A DNA stretch of 25,367 nt from a virus. Taxonomy: Duplodnaviria; Caudoviricetes. Within the stretch, counting starts at the first letter, position 1, and the number at the start of each line of letters is the position of its first letter. Shown here piece by piece: positions 1 to 8,253 of the stretch. Where the stretch lies: positions 1 to 25,367 of the IMG/VR virus record IMGVR_UViG_3300037042_002159. One strand, 5' to 3'. The position numbers and the translations under genes were made by a program. The notes under the pieces are model-generated. The model ran no database searches, had not been told where the DNA came from, and worked only from the letters and a program-made list of their open reading frames with translations.

Positions 1-2901
1 TTCCTTCAAGGAAATGATGACGAAAAATATATCGTCAGTGTTGAATACGATTACGTCAAAGATTGTGTTTGGAAAATTCTTGAACACCCAATTCACGGAA
101 AACAAATTAAAAAAGACACCTTCATCCCATTTGCTTGGGTTGGTGACTTACGTGGATTAAACTTCTACAAATCCTCAAAAGCATTACAAAAAGAGGCAAT
201 GACAAAACATAAAATTGTTATTGAGAAATTAAGAACCGATGGTAATGAACGATTAGAAAAAGGTTTAACTTTTATGGTTAAGTCCTTAAACGGATATCGT
301 TCATTAATACAATTCTTTAGAGATGGTGGTGTAGACCCATGGGGTGAAACAACAAAAGGATTGGTATTAATATTACCACCTGTTGAACAATTTTTGGTTA
401 CCAAAGAAAAAAGATTATTCAAAGGATTTGATGATTACAATAGTATCACAAGGTTTGTATTTGACTTAGAGACGACCGCATTAGAACCAAAGGATGGTCG
501 TATATTCATGATAGGAATGAAAACCAATAAAGGTTTTCGTCAGGTAATTGAGTGTTCTGATGAAGAACAAGAAAGAGAAGGTATCATCAAGTTTTTCAAT
601 ACTATCGATGAACTTAAACCAAGTATCATTGCATCATATAATGGATTTAACTTTGACTGGCTATGGATTTTTGAACGAGCCAAAGCGTTAAAATTAGATA
701 TTAAGAAAATTGCCAAGACATTAAATCCAATCAACCCAATCAAACAATCTGAAAGTATGTTGAAGTTGGCAAACGAGGTTGAAAGATTTAATCAAACATC
801 CATGTGGGGTTACAATGTTGTGGATACGTTACACGCAGTTAGAAGAGCTCAGGCAATTAACTCATCTATTAAGTCTGCGGGTTTGAAGTATATTACTCAA
901 TACATTAAAGCTGAAGCTTCTGACCGTGTTTATATTGACCACACAGATATCGGTCCGTTCTATGCGAAGAAAGAAGAATTTTGGTTGAACATACAAAATG
1001 GTAAATATAAGAAAGTGGGTGTTGACCCAAAGATTGATGATGCTTGTTCTAAACACTCAAACATCTACATTAAAACAACAGGTGATGACTTGGTTGAGAG
1101 ATACCTTGACGATGACTTGGAAGAAACTCTAACGGTAGATGAAGAATTCAATCAAGGTTCATTTCTACTTGCATCTTTGGTACCGACAACATACGAGAGA
1201 GTTTCTACTATGGGAACCGCAACATTATGGGAAATCCAAATGAGAGCTTGGTCATATAAAAACATGTTAGCAATTCCTAAAAAGAATGAAAAAACAGACT
1301 TTGTTGGAGGGTTATCACGATTATTAAAAGTAGGTTATTCAACAGATGTGTTGAAACTTGACTTCTCGTCACTTTATCCTTCAATACAACTTGTTCACGA
1401 TGTATTTCCAACTTGTGATATTACAGGAGCGATGAAAGGGATGTTAAATTACTTCCGAAATACTCGTATCAAGTATAAAAACTTGGCTAAAGAGTATCAG
1501 GAAATAGACAAAAAACAAGCAACATCTTACGATAGAAAACAATTACCAATTAAGATTTTCATCAACTCCATGTTTGGAGCATTATCAGCTCCACAGGTAT
1601 ATCATTGGGGTGATATGTATATGGGTGAACAGATTACCTGTACAGGACGACAATACCTTCGTCAGATGTTACGATTCTTTATGAAACGAGGATATACCCC
1701 ACTTGTATGTGATACGGATGGTATGAACTTCTCATTACCTGAAGGTGGTGTAGATGATAGAACTTATATCGGTAAGGGTAAGAACTGGTTAGTTAAAGAA
1801 GGTAAGGAATATAAAGGGTACGATGCCGATGTTGCTGAGTTTAATGACACGTTTATGAAAGGAGCAATGGGATTAGATTGTGATGGAACATGGAAATCAT
1901 GTATGAATATTGCTCGTAAGAACTACGCAACAATGGAACATAATGGTAAGATTAAACTTACAGGTAATTCAATCAAGAGTAAGAAACTACCACTTTACAT
2001 TGAGGACTTTTTGGATAAGGGAATTAAGATGTTGTTAGAAGGTAATGGACAAGCATTTGTTGAATGGTATTATGAATACTTGGAGGTAATTTTTAACCAA
2101 CAAATTCCATTAATGAAAATTGCTCAAAGAGCGAAAGTAAAACTATCTATTGACGATTATAAGAAACGTTCAAACCAAAAAACAAAGGCGGGGAATATGA
2201 TGTCAATGATGGCTCATATGGAATTGGCAATTAGAGATGGTATTGCGGTTAGTTTGGGTGATGTTATATTCTATGTAAATAATGGTCTTAAAGCATCACA
2301 CGGAGATGTTCAAAAGGTTAATAAACCTAAAAAAGGATGGTCTCAAGAACAATTAGATATATTTTTTAATACCGATGAAGATAGAAAAGAAAAGGTAAAA
2401 TTTTTACAAAAAAATGGATGGGAACAATCTTGGGGTGAGGATAACTGGGTTCGTAGTGATGCGACAAATAAGGAAGCGAATACAGGAATTCCAACAGAAC
2501 GGGCATATGAAATAGCATTTTCAGATATGGTCGGTTCAGTAGTTCAACTTAATTGTTATAGATTAAATCCTGCTGAGTTAGAGTCCAATCCTGGTATGAC
2601 TGGTGAATATAACATTGCAAGAGCTGTCGCCACCTTTAACAAACGTATTGAACCATTATTGATTGTGTTTAATGATGAAATTAGAAATAATTTAATTGTT
2701 ACTGACCCAAAAGACAGAGGATTGTTTACCAAAGAACAATGTAAACTAATCAATGGTGTTCCATTTGAAAATGGTGACCAAGATAGTATTGAAGATTTGT
2801 TAACTATTACAGACCAAGAAATGGAATATTGGGGTAAACGAGGAATTGACCCTGAATATATCTACGAATTGGCTGAAGAAGGATGGGAAGAAATGGTTTA
2901 A
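1..2901 (+). CDS. polB: Family B DNA polymerase with 3'-5' exonuclease (5' partial; true start lies upstream of the window)
   Basis: Frame 1 is open from base 1 (FLQGNDDEKYIVSVEYDY...KEAM), so the ATG at 199 is probably internal. Motifs: ExoI FDLETT, ExoII YNGFNFDW, ExoIII YLDDDL, motif A LDFSSLYPSI, motif B KIFINSMFG, motif C CDTDG, then RKNYA. Confidence 0.96.
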   Translation, partial: FLQGNDDEKYIVSVEYDYVKDCVWKILEHPIHGKQIKKDTFIPFAWVGDLRGLNFYKSSKALQKEAMTKHKIVIEKLRTDGNERLEKGLTFMVKSLNGYRSLIQFFRDGGVDPWGETTKGLVLILPPVEQFLVTKEKRLFKGFDDYNSITRFVFDLETTALEPKDGRIFMIGMKTNKGFRQVIECSDEEQEREGIIKFFNTIDELKPSIIASYNGFNFDWLWIFERAKALKLDIKKIAKTLNPINPIKQSESMLKLANEVERFNQTSMWGYNVVDTLHAVRRAQAINSSIKSAGLKYITQYIKAEASDRVYIDHTDIGPFYAKKEEFWLNIQNGKYKKVGVDPKIDDACSKHSNIYIKTTGDDLVERYLDDDLEETLTVDEEFNQGSFLLASLVPTTYERVSTMGTATLWEIQMRAWSYKNMLAIPKKNEKTDFVGGLSRLLKVGYSTDVLKLDFSSLYPSIQLVHDVFPTCDITGAMKGMLNYFRNTRIKYKNLAKEYQEIDKKQATSYDRKQLPIKIFINSMFGALSAPQVYHWGDMYMGEQITCTGRQYLRQMLRFFMKRGYTPLVCDTDGMNFSLPEGGVDDRTYIGKGKNWLVKEGKEYKGYDADVAEFNDTFMKGAMGLDCDGTWKSCMNIARKNYATMEHNGKIKLTGNSIKSKKLPLYIEDFLDKGIKMLLEGNGQAFVEWYYEYLEVIFNQQIPLMKIAQRAKVKLSIDDYKKRSNQKTKAGNMMSMMAHMELAIRDGIAVSLGDVIFYVNNGLKASHGDVQKVNKPKKGWSQEQLDIFFNTDEDRKEKVKFLQKNGWEQSWGEDNWVRSDATNKEANTGIPTERAYEIAFSDMVGSVVQLNCYRLNPAELESNPGMTGEYNIARAVATFNKRIEPLLIVFNDEIRNNLIVTDPKDRGLFTKEQCKLINGVPFENGDQDSIEDLLTITDQEMEYWGKRGIDPEYIYELAEEGWEEMV

Positions 2902-3233
2902 AACCCTTTCAAACCATCTGACGATACTATAAACCATGAACCAAAGGCGTAATATAGTTCAACACAAGCACCTTTTTCAATATTAATTTCATTAAACTCT
3001 TCATCAATCAAACCCTCAATGGGTTTGATTTTTGTATTTGTAAGGGCTTTTACTATTACGTGGTCAGTATTAGAATGGTTTAAAATAATTTCAATCTGTT
3101 CTAATTCTTTTGTAATAACCACTGATTCACCTTCAGTTGTATAACTTTCATCTGAAATCATGCATACTTCAGAAGTTGTTAAAACTTGATTTCCGATAAC
3201 ACGTCTCATCGGAATTGATTTTTGTATACTCAT
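2898..3233 (-). CDS. Hypothetical 111-aa beta-rich protein, probably virion-associated (neck, fibre or decoration type)
   Basis: Starts 4 nt after the gp13-like stop on the same strand. The C-terminal pattern IVK...GLIDE...INIEKGACVELYY..GSWFIV resembles beta-sandwich modules of phage fibre proteins (by eye). Function is inferred. Confidence 0.6.
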   Translation of the reverse strand: MSIQKSIPMRRVIGNQVLTTSEVCMISDESYTTEGESVVITKELEQIEIILNHSNTDHVIVKALTNTKIKPIEGLIDEEFNEINIEKGACVELYYAFGSWFIVSSDGLKGF

Positions 3234-3237
3234 AAAA

Positions 3238-4368
3238 TTAAATTACATACATATTTCTTGGGAACGCTCTGAACTTCATCTGTTTGTTAAGATTTTCAGC
3301 AATTAATGCTTCACGTTCCATTATTTTTTCAGGTCGTAATCTTGTCAATCTACCATCAGCACCAATTAATTCCTCAATCAATTTTGTTTTTTCATCTTTA
3401 CCTTCAGTCGCTAAAGTTGCGTAATCCATCGTTAATTCAGAGTCAGGTGTCTTTAAATTTCCTGAATATTTTCCTCTAACTTTTGATAATGTTTCTTTAC
3501 AACTTGCAACAAAATATCTTCTAACCCACTGTTGTGCTGGTTCATTTAAGTCAACCCAACCAATTGAATTCATTGGAACATCTGAAGGGAGTTTAATAAT
3601 ATCAGGATTTGCAGCCAAACATGCATCCCTATCTTGGGGACCAACATCGTAATACCAATACCAAACTTGGTGATGGTGTAATGAAGCGTTACCAAAGTCA
3701 AATTTACCACCAGGTGTTTGCATTAAATGAATTGCCTTTTTACCATTAGGTAATCCTGTTATTCTATAAGTTAAATCACCACCAATAATTCTTCTCTGAA
3801 TATTAATTTCTTGCATTCTTAATAACATATCAAATGCTGATGTCATAAAGTATGAACCCGAGCCACCCATTTGTGAAAAACCACCTGGTCCTCCAATACC
3901 CGTACCACCTAACGCCCCAAAACTCCATGGGTCAAACAAAATATTATTTAAAGTTGCGGGTGTAAACCACAATAATTCATTGATTTCACGACCTGCGGGA
4001 ATTTCATAAATCTGTTGGTTTGGAACTAATGTAATAAAATCTTTTTTAAGTTCCCAATCTCCAAGTGGGGATGATTGTAACCCAACTATTTTGGAATATG
4101 CTTGGGCGTATCTGTTTTCGTAATCTAAACTTTTAGTTACAAATGCTCTTGATAGAGACTGAGTATCTAAATTTAAATTGTATAGTGAAGTCCATTGTGA
4201 TTCAATTAACCAATCTTGGACATACTGAGCGTAATCCCCAATAGCAAATTCCAAAATTGAATCCATTTGTTCGTCTTCTAATTCAATTGAACGAATTGGT
4301 GCTCCTAATACGTGTCTAACTTTTGTGTATAGCTGACTTCTGTAAGGTTCTGCGATTATTGTATTCAT
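3238..4368 (-). CDS. Neck / head-tail adaptor protein, T4 gp13-like
   Basis: N-terminal LYTKVRHVLGAPIRSIELEDEQMDSILEFAI and C-terminal WVRRYFVASCKETL..VRGKYSG...ELTMDYATLATEGKDEKTKLIEEL match the conserved gp13 pattern (LGAP..VEL..DQ; WV..Y..A..K...GK...L..E...E...L). Confidence 0.85.
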   Translation of the reverse strand: MNTIIAEPYRSQLYTKVRHVLGAPIRSIELEDEQMDSILEFAIGDYAQYVQDWLIESQWTSLYNLNLDTQSLSRAFVTKSLDYENRYAQAYSKIVGLQSSPLGDWELKKDFITLVPNQQIYEIPAGREINELLWFTPATLNNILFDPWSFGALGGTGIGGPGGFSQMGGSGSYFMTSAFDMLLRMQEINIQRRIIGGDLTYRITGLPNGKKAIHLMQTPGGKFDFGNASLHHHQVWYWYYDVGPQDRDACLAANPDIIKLPSDVPMNSIGWVDLNEPAQQWVRRYFVASCKETLSKVRGKYSGNLKTPDSELTMDYATLATEGKDEKTKLIEELIGADGRLTRLRPEKIMEREALIAENLNKQMKFRAFPRNMYVI

Positions 4369-4384
4369 GAAGTGATATTTCTAT

Positions 4385-4391
4385 ATAAATA
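4385..4391 (-). promoter_or_regulatory. TATTTAT late-promoter-like motif for the gp13-like gene
   Basis: ATAAATA on + (TATTTAT on -), directly after the SOD-fusion stop and 16 nt upstream of the ATG at 4368. Confidence 0.65.
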
Positions 4392-5909
4392 TCAATTCAC
4401 AGTATAAATTAAATTTTCTGTTGGGATTTTAAATAAACTTGAACTAAAATCAACATCTTGATTTTTGAAAACATAGATAGGTTCATTTAAGTTAGAAAAA
4501 ATTAATAGGTCAGTATTAAACTTTTTAACAAATCCTTTGATTTTGATATGATACATTCCTTCAATAACTTCCATACTCAAAATAGGTTTTACTTGAGCGG
4601 ATTGTATTTTATTATCAAAGTTTACTATTAAGTCAGTTCCTGCGAAATCTTCTTTGGAACCTAAACTACCTATAAGAGTTGCGGTCTTATCACCAAATTC
4701 TTTGTTGATTTTATTTGCAACATATGCCTCAAGGTCACCACCTTTTTTGTGTGTCCTATTCAAAAGAGCCATAATCTTATCTAAAGTTTTAGAACCTTCA
4801 AATATTCTTTTACCAAAACCATATGTTCTTAACAATAAACAAAATCTATCAATTTCTTGGATTTGTTTTTCAGGAGTTACACCAATGAATTCTAATTTTG
4901 GTTGATTTAATCTTTGTAGGACAATGTTAATATCCTCAACTAAAATCTTAAACCCAATATAGTTTGTGTTTAATTTATTAATAACTGAACGACCCTCTGT
5001 TTCATAGTTGTAAATACCTGAAGCGGAACCATGATGATATTGGTCATTTTCATACCACTTATCTGACATAACACTTTTCAAAGTGTTATCAATACATTTT
5101 CTATATTTCCAAAGAACGGCTTTGTTGTTACTGAAAATATCTGCAAAATCAGAAGTGTTATATTGTTCCATTAAAAGTTTTTTATTAGAAACAGATTCAG
5201 TCAATTTTTTTTCAGTTTTTGATTTGTATAATTCATTAACAAATTCCCAATTAATTACATCCCAAAAGTTTTCAATATATTCGTCTCTTTTGTTTTGGTA
5301 TTTTAAATAATAAGCGTGTTCCCATAAATCTAAACCTAACAACGGAAAACCACCTTTACTTATTATATTCATAAGTGGATTGTCCTGGTTTGAAGTGGAC
5401 ATAACTTTCAACCTACCTGTATCAGTTAAAACTAACCAACACCATCCTGAACCAAATCTTTTTCTTGAAACTTCTTCAAACTTAGTTTTGAAGTTACGGT
5501 AAGTACCAAATTGTTTAACTATTTTTTGAAACACTTCACCACTTGGTTTTTGTGGGGTGGGTGATAACATCTTCCAAAACAATGCGTGGTTAAATGCTCC
5601 ACCTGCGTTATTTCTTATTGTTGTATTATACTTTGATATTTGTTTAACAATGTTTTCCAATTCAACATCACCATAATCTTTTTTACGAAGAGCTGAATTT
5701 AGTTTTTTAACATACCCTTTGTAATGTTTTTGGTAATGAAACTTCATTGTTTCAGGGTCAATAAATCTTCTTAACGATGCGTATCCATAAGGTAGTTTAT
5801 CAATACCGATGGTTTTCATTTCGTTAATAAAAAATTTAGTTTCAGGTTGAGTATCCTCACCTAATATACTACTGACTAATGATTCTGATAAAATGTTTAA
5901 TGATTTCAT
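4392..5909 (-). CDS. sodA: Fe/Mn superoxide dismutase (Mn-type signature) fused to a C-terminal PD-(D/E)xK nuclease-like domain
   Basis: SOD motifs: LPYGY, FHYQKHYKGY, NNAGGAFNHALFW, FGSGWCWL, NQDNPL, DLWEHAYY; all four metal ligands are present. The C-terminal ~270 aa contain G-D-L-E...GTDLIV...AQVK. ATG at 5909 is preferred over the track's TTG at 5915 because the TTG overlaps the TATTTAT motif. Confidence 0.92.
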   Translation of the reverse strand: MKSLNILSESLVSSILGEDTQPETKFFINEMKTIGIDKLPYGYASLRRFIDPETMKFHYQKHYKGYVKKLNSALRKKDYGDVELENIVKQISKYNTTIRNNAGGAFNHALFWKMLSPTPQKPSGEVFQKIVKQFGTYRNFKTKFEEVSRKRFGSGWCWLVLTDTGRLKVMSTSNQDNPLMNIISKGGFPLLGLDLWEHAYYLKYQNKRDEYIENFWDVINWEFVNELYKSKTEKKLTESVSNKKLLMEQYNTSDFADIFSNNKAVLWKYRKCIDNTLKSVMSDKWYENDQYHHGSASGIYNYETEGRSVINKLNTNYIGFKILVEDINIVLQRLNQPKLEFIGVTPEKQIQEIDRFCLLLRTYGFGKRIFEGSKTLDKIMALLNRTHKKGGDLEAYVANKINKEFGDKTATLIGSLGSKEDFAGTDLIVNFDNKIQSAQVKPILSMEVIEGMYHIKIKGFVKKFNTDLLIFSNLNEPIYVFKNQDVDFSSSLFKIPTENLIYTVN

Positions 5910-5914
5910 TAACA

Positions 5915-5921
5915 ATAAATA
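5915..5921 (-). promoter_or_regulatory. TATTTAT late-promoter-like motif for the SOD fusion
   Basis: ATAAATA on + at 5915..5921, 5 nt upstream of the ATG at 5909 and 1 nt after the SNF2 stop. Confidence 0.65.
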
Positions 5922-5922
5922 C

Positions 5923-7680
5923 TTACTTATTGTTGATTTCGTTCAGGATTTGTTCCACAATATCTGCCGAGGTCCCGTCATCACCCATAACGGTACCAAT
6001 AATTTGTTTTTTATGTATTAGAATATCATAAATTACACCTTCAATTGTGTTTTCAAATAAAGGGTAAAATACTGAAACATTATTTTTTTGACCATAACGA
6101 TATGCTCTATCTTCAGCCTGAGCGTGGTCTGCGGGAACAAATGATAAGTCATTCATAATAACTGCCTCAGCTGCGGTTAAGGTTAAACCAACACCCGCAG
6201 CTTTCATATTACCACAAAAAACCTGTATCTTATCACTCTCTTGGAACTTGTCTACAGCATCCTGTCTTGCAGGTTTTGTAGATGACCCGTCTAAATAAAC
6301 TGACTTCTTACCGAAGTGTTCGTGTATCTTTTTAAGGGGGTCTGTGAAATTACTAAAGATAATTACTTTTTTACCTTGTTCAATAATGTTCTCAGCAAGT
6401 TCTATTGTTGTTGCAATTTTTTCCTCTGCAATAACTTGTCTCACCTTCATTAATTTTGTGAATTGTATTGAAAGTGATTTTGATTCTTCTTGACGATTAT
6501 TATACCAATCATAATACTCACCCATCAATCCTTCGTATAGTTTTGATTTCAAACGAAGATAAACGGGTGTTATAATTTTTTCAGGTAAATCTAAAACATC
6601 GGTCTTAAGTCTTCTTAATATTTGACGAGAAGTTCTTTCTCTTAACTCTTCCAAATTAGATGCTCCTGTAACATTCCAAACTTTCTTATTACCAACTCTA
6701 AATTGATACCCACCACAATAACGGATAGCGTATGCCATCCAATTTTGACTAACGGGACTATCAATAAGTTTTAAAATATTATAATAATTCATAGGACGAG
6801 AAGTCATGGGAGTTCCAGTCAATAACCAAAGTCGTTTAATATCTTTGGTGAAATCCATTATAATCTTTGTTCTTTGAGCTTGAGCGTTTGAAACATAATG
6901 TGCTTCGTCAATAACAATCAAATCAAAATTTGATTTAAAGATTATTGAGTTTTCTTTATCCTTTGGGTCGTGAAAATTTTTAAGGATGTCGTAGTTTGTA
7001 ATAACAAAATCAGCATCTTCATATTTTTTACCTTCACAGATATAAACACTTCTATCAGTATAGTTTCTGATTTCCCTTTCCCAATTTAACTTCAAAGATG
7101 CGGGACATATGATTAATGTTCTTTTTGCTCCACTTTCCAACGACGCAATTACCGTTGATGTGGTTTTACCAAGACCCATGTCATCCGCTAAAATGAATTT
7201 ATTATTTTTTAATAATTTTTCTATAGCTTCTTTTTGATGTGATAATGGTGGACGATTTCCATATTTTGAGTAATCAACCTCAACAACATTTTCTTTATAC
7301 TCTTTAATTACCGCAGCCTTTGGTATCCAAAAGTCGTGGATAGTATCTGCACTGAAAATCTTACCCCATATATGATATGATTTATCTTTCTCAATTAAAA
7401 TCTTTTCAACGTAAATCTTATCGGGTTCTTTAATGAATGGGTTGTCCTCAACAAGTTTTTGAGAAAAGTAAGAATCAATATCAACCCATTTTTTCGCAAC
7501 TTTTGGAACAACCGAATTGTAATCAATTACATAGTTACATTGAGCTCTCGTTGGGACATATTTCTTGTTTGACTCAATTTGTTTTTTTAATTTGAGGATA
7601 TAGTTATTTGACCCCTGATAATTCTCAAGAATAGAAATTGCTCTCTGTTCAACACTTAAATGTCCTGTGGATGTGGTCAA
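5923..7680 (-). CDS. SNF2-family (SF2) helicase/ATPase, SMARCAL1/HARP-like
   Basis: Motifs: HQKEA, LADDMGLGKT (Walker A), IICPASLKLNW, VIDEAH, LTGTP, GVGLTLTAA, QAEDRAYRYGQ. TTG start; ~135-aa N-terminal extension. Confidence 0.95.
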   Translation of the reverse strand: MTTSTGHLSVEQRAISILENYQGSNNYILKLKKQIESNKKYVPTRAQCNYVIDYNSVVPKVAKKWVDIDSYFSQKLVEDNPFIKEPDKIYVEKILIEKDKSYHIWGKIFSADTIHDFWIPKAAVIKEYKENVVEVDYSKYGNRPPLSHQKEAIEKLLKNNKFILADDMGLGKTTSTVIASLESGAKRTLIICPASLKLNWEREIRNYTDRSVYICEGKKYEDADFVITNYDILKNFHDPKDKENSIIFKSNFDLIVIDEAHYVSNAQAQRTKIIMDFTKDIKRLWLLTGTPMTSRPMNYYNILKLIDSPVSQNWMAYAIRYCGGYQFRVGNKKVWNVTGASNLEELRERTSRQILRRLKTDVLDLPEKIITPVYLRLKSKLYEGLMGEYYDWYNNRQEESKSLSIQFTKLMKVRQVIAEEKIATTIELAENIIEQGKKVIIFSNFTDPLKKIHEHFGKKSVYLDGSSTKPARQDAVDKFQESDKIQVFCGNMKAAGVGLTLTAAEAVIMNDLSFVPADHAQAEDRAYRYGQKNNVSVFYPLFENTIEGVIYDILIHKKQIIGTVMGDDGTSADIVEQILNEINNK

Positions 7681-7707
7681 AATATTTTAATTAACTCTAC
7701 AACTATA

Positions 7708-7736
7708 ATAATAATCAAAAAAGAAATATTTATCAA
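7708..7736 (-). promoter_or_regulatory. Sigma70-like promoter TTGATA-N17-TATTAT for the SNF2 gene
   Basis: On the - strand, the -35 element TTGATA lies at 7731..7736 and the -10 element TATTAT at 7708..7713, with a 17-nt spacer; each matches 5/6 of consensus. The AT-rich background lowers confidence. Confidence 0.4.
7727..7733 (+). promoter_or_regulatory. TATTTAT late-promoter-like motif for the gp14-like gene
   Basis: TATTTAT-caat-ATG, 4 nt upstream of the ATG at 7738. Confidence 0.65.
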
Positions 7737-7737
7737 T

Positions 7738-8253
7738 ATGTCAAATAGAATAGTTCCAATAACAAGATTAGGTAAATTTTTCGGAGAAGAAGACTACAAT
7801 TTGGATGTTTCAATGGGTATGGAATGGTTAAATGGTGATATGAACTTCACTCTTGTATTATATCGTGTAGATAAACAAAAGACAAATGTTGATGATGTAT
7901 ATGGTGAAGCTTCTGTTGACGGTATTAAATTTTTACCCCCTGTTGAGTTCAAAGCTTATTTACAAATTGTTGCACCTGAAAATAAGTTTCTCGGTTCGAG
8001 TAAGATTAGTCAAATGGAACCTGGTAACGCAAGAATTTCAGTATACCAAAAACATTTAGATGAATTAGAAGTGGACATTGAACTTGGTGATTATATTGGT
8101 TATTACGAAACTGAAACTCAAGTTAGATATTATGTAGTTAATAATGATGGACGTGTAGTGTCAGATAACAAACATACATACGCAGGATACAAACCGTTCT
8201 ACAGAACCATAAACGCATCTCCTGTAATGGAAAACGAATTTAGAGGATTATAA
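7738..8253 (+). CDS. Neck / head-closure protein, T4 gp14-like (171 aa)
   Basis: LVLYRVD...VDDVYGEA...FLPPVEFKAYL...ELGDYIGY fits the gp14/head-closure pattern, and the gene sits directly before a gp15-like gene. Start moved to ATG 7738 because the track's 7660 start overlaps the SNF2 gene and crosses the intergenic promoter region. Confidence 0.7.
   Translation: MSNRIVPITRLGKFFGEEDYNLDVSMGMEWLNGDMNFTLVLYRVDKQKTNVDDVYGEASVDGIKFLPPVEFKAYLQIVAPENKFLGSSKISQMEPGNARISVYQKHLDELEVDIELGDYIGYYETETQVRYYVVNNDGRVVSDNKHTYAGYKPFYRTINASPVMENEFRGL

Noticed and set aside
2320-2560. Intein or intron in the DNA polymerase
   Set aside because: The frame is continuous. The insert is ~70 aa, has no C/S-start block or terminal His-Asn (QLNC only), and has no LAGLIDADG or HNH motif.
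7660-7737. N-terminal extension MSCGCGQN... of the gp14-like ORF (apparent Cys motif)
   Set aside because: It overlaps the SNF2 start on the other strand and crosses the AT-rich promoter gap. ATG 7738, just after TATTTAT, is the better start.
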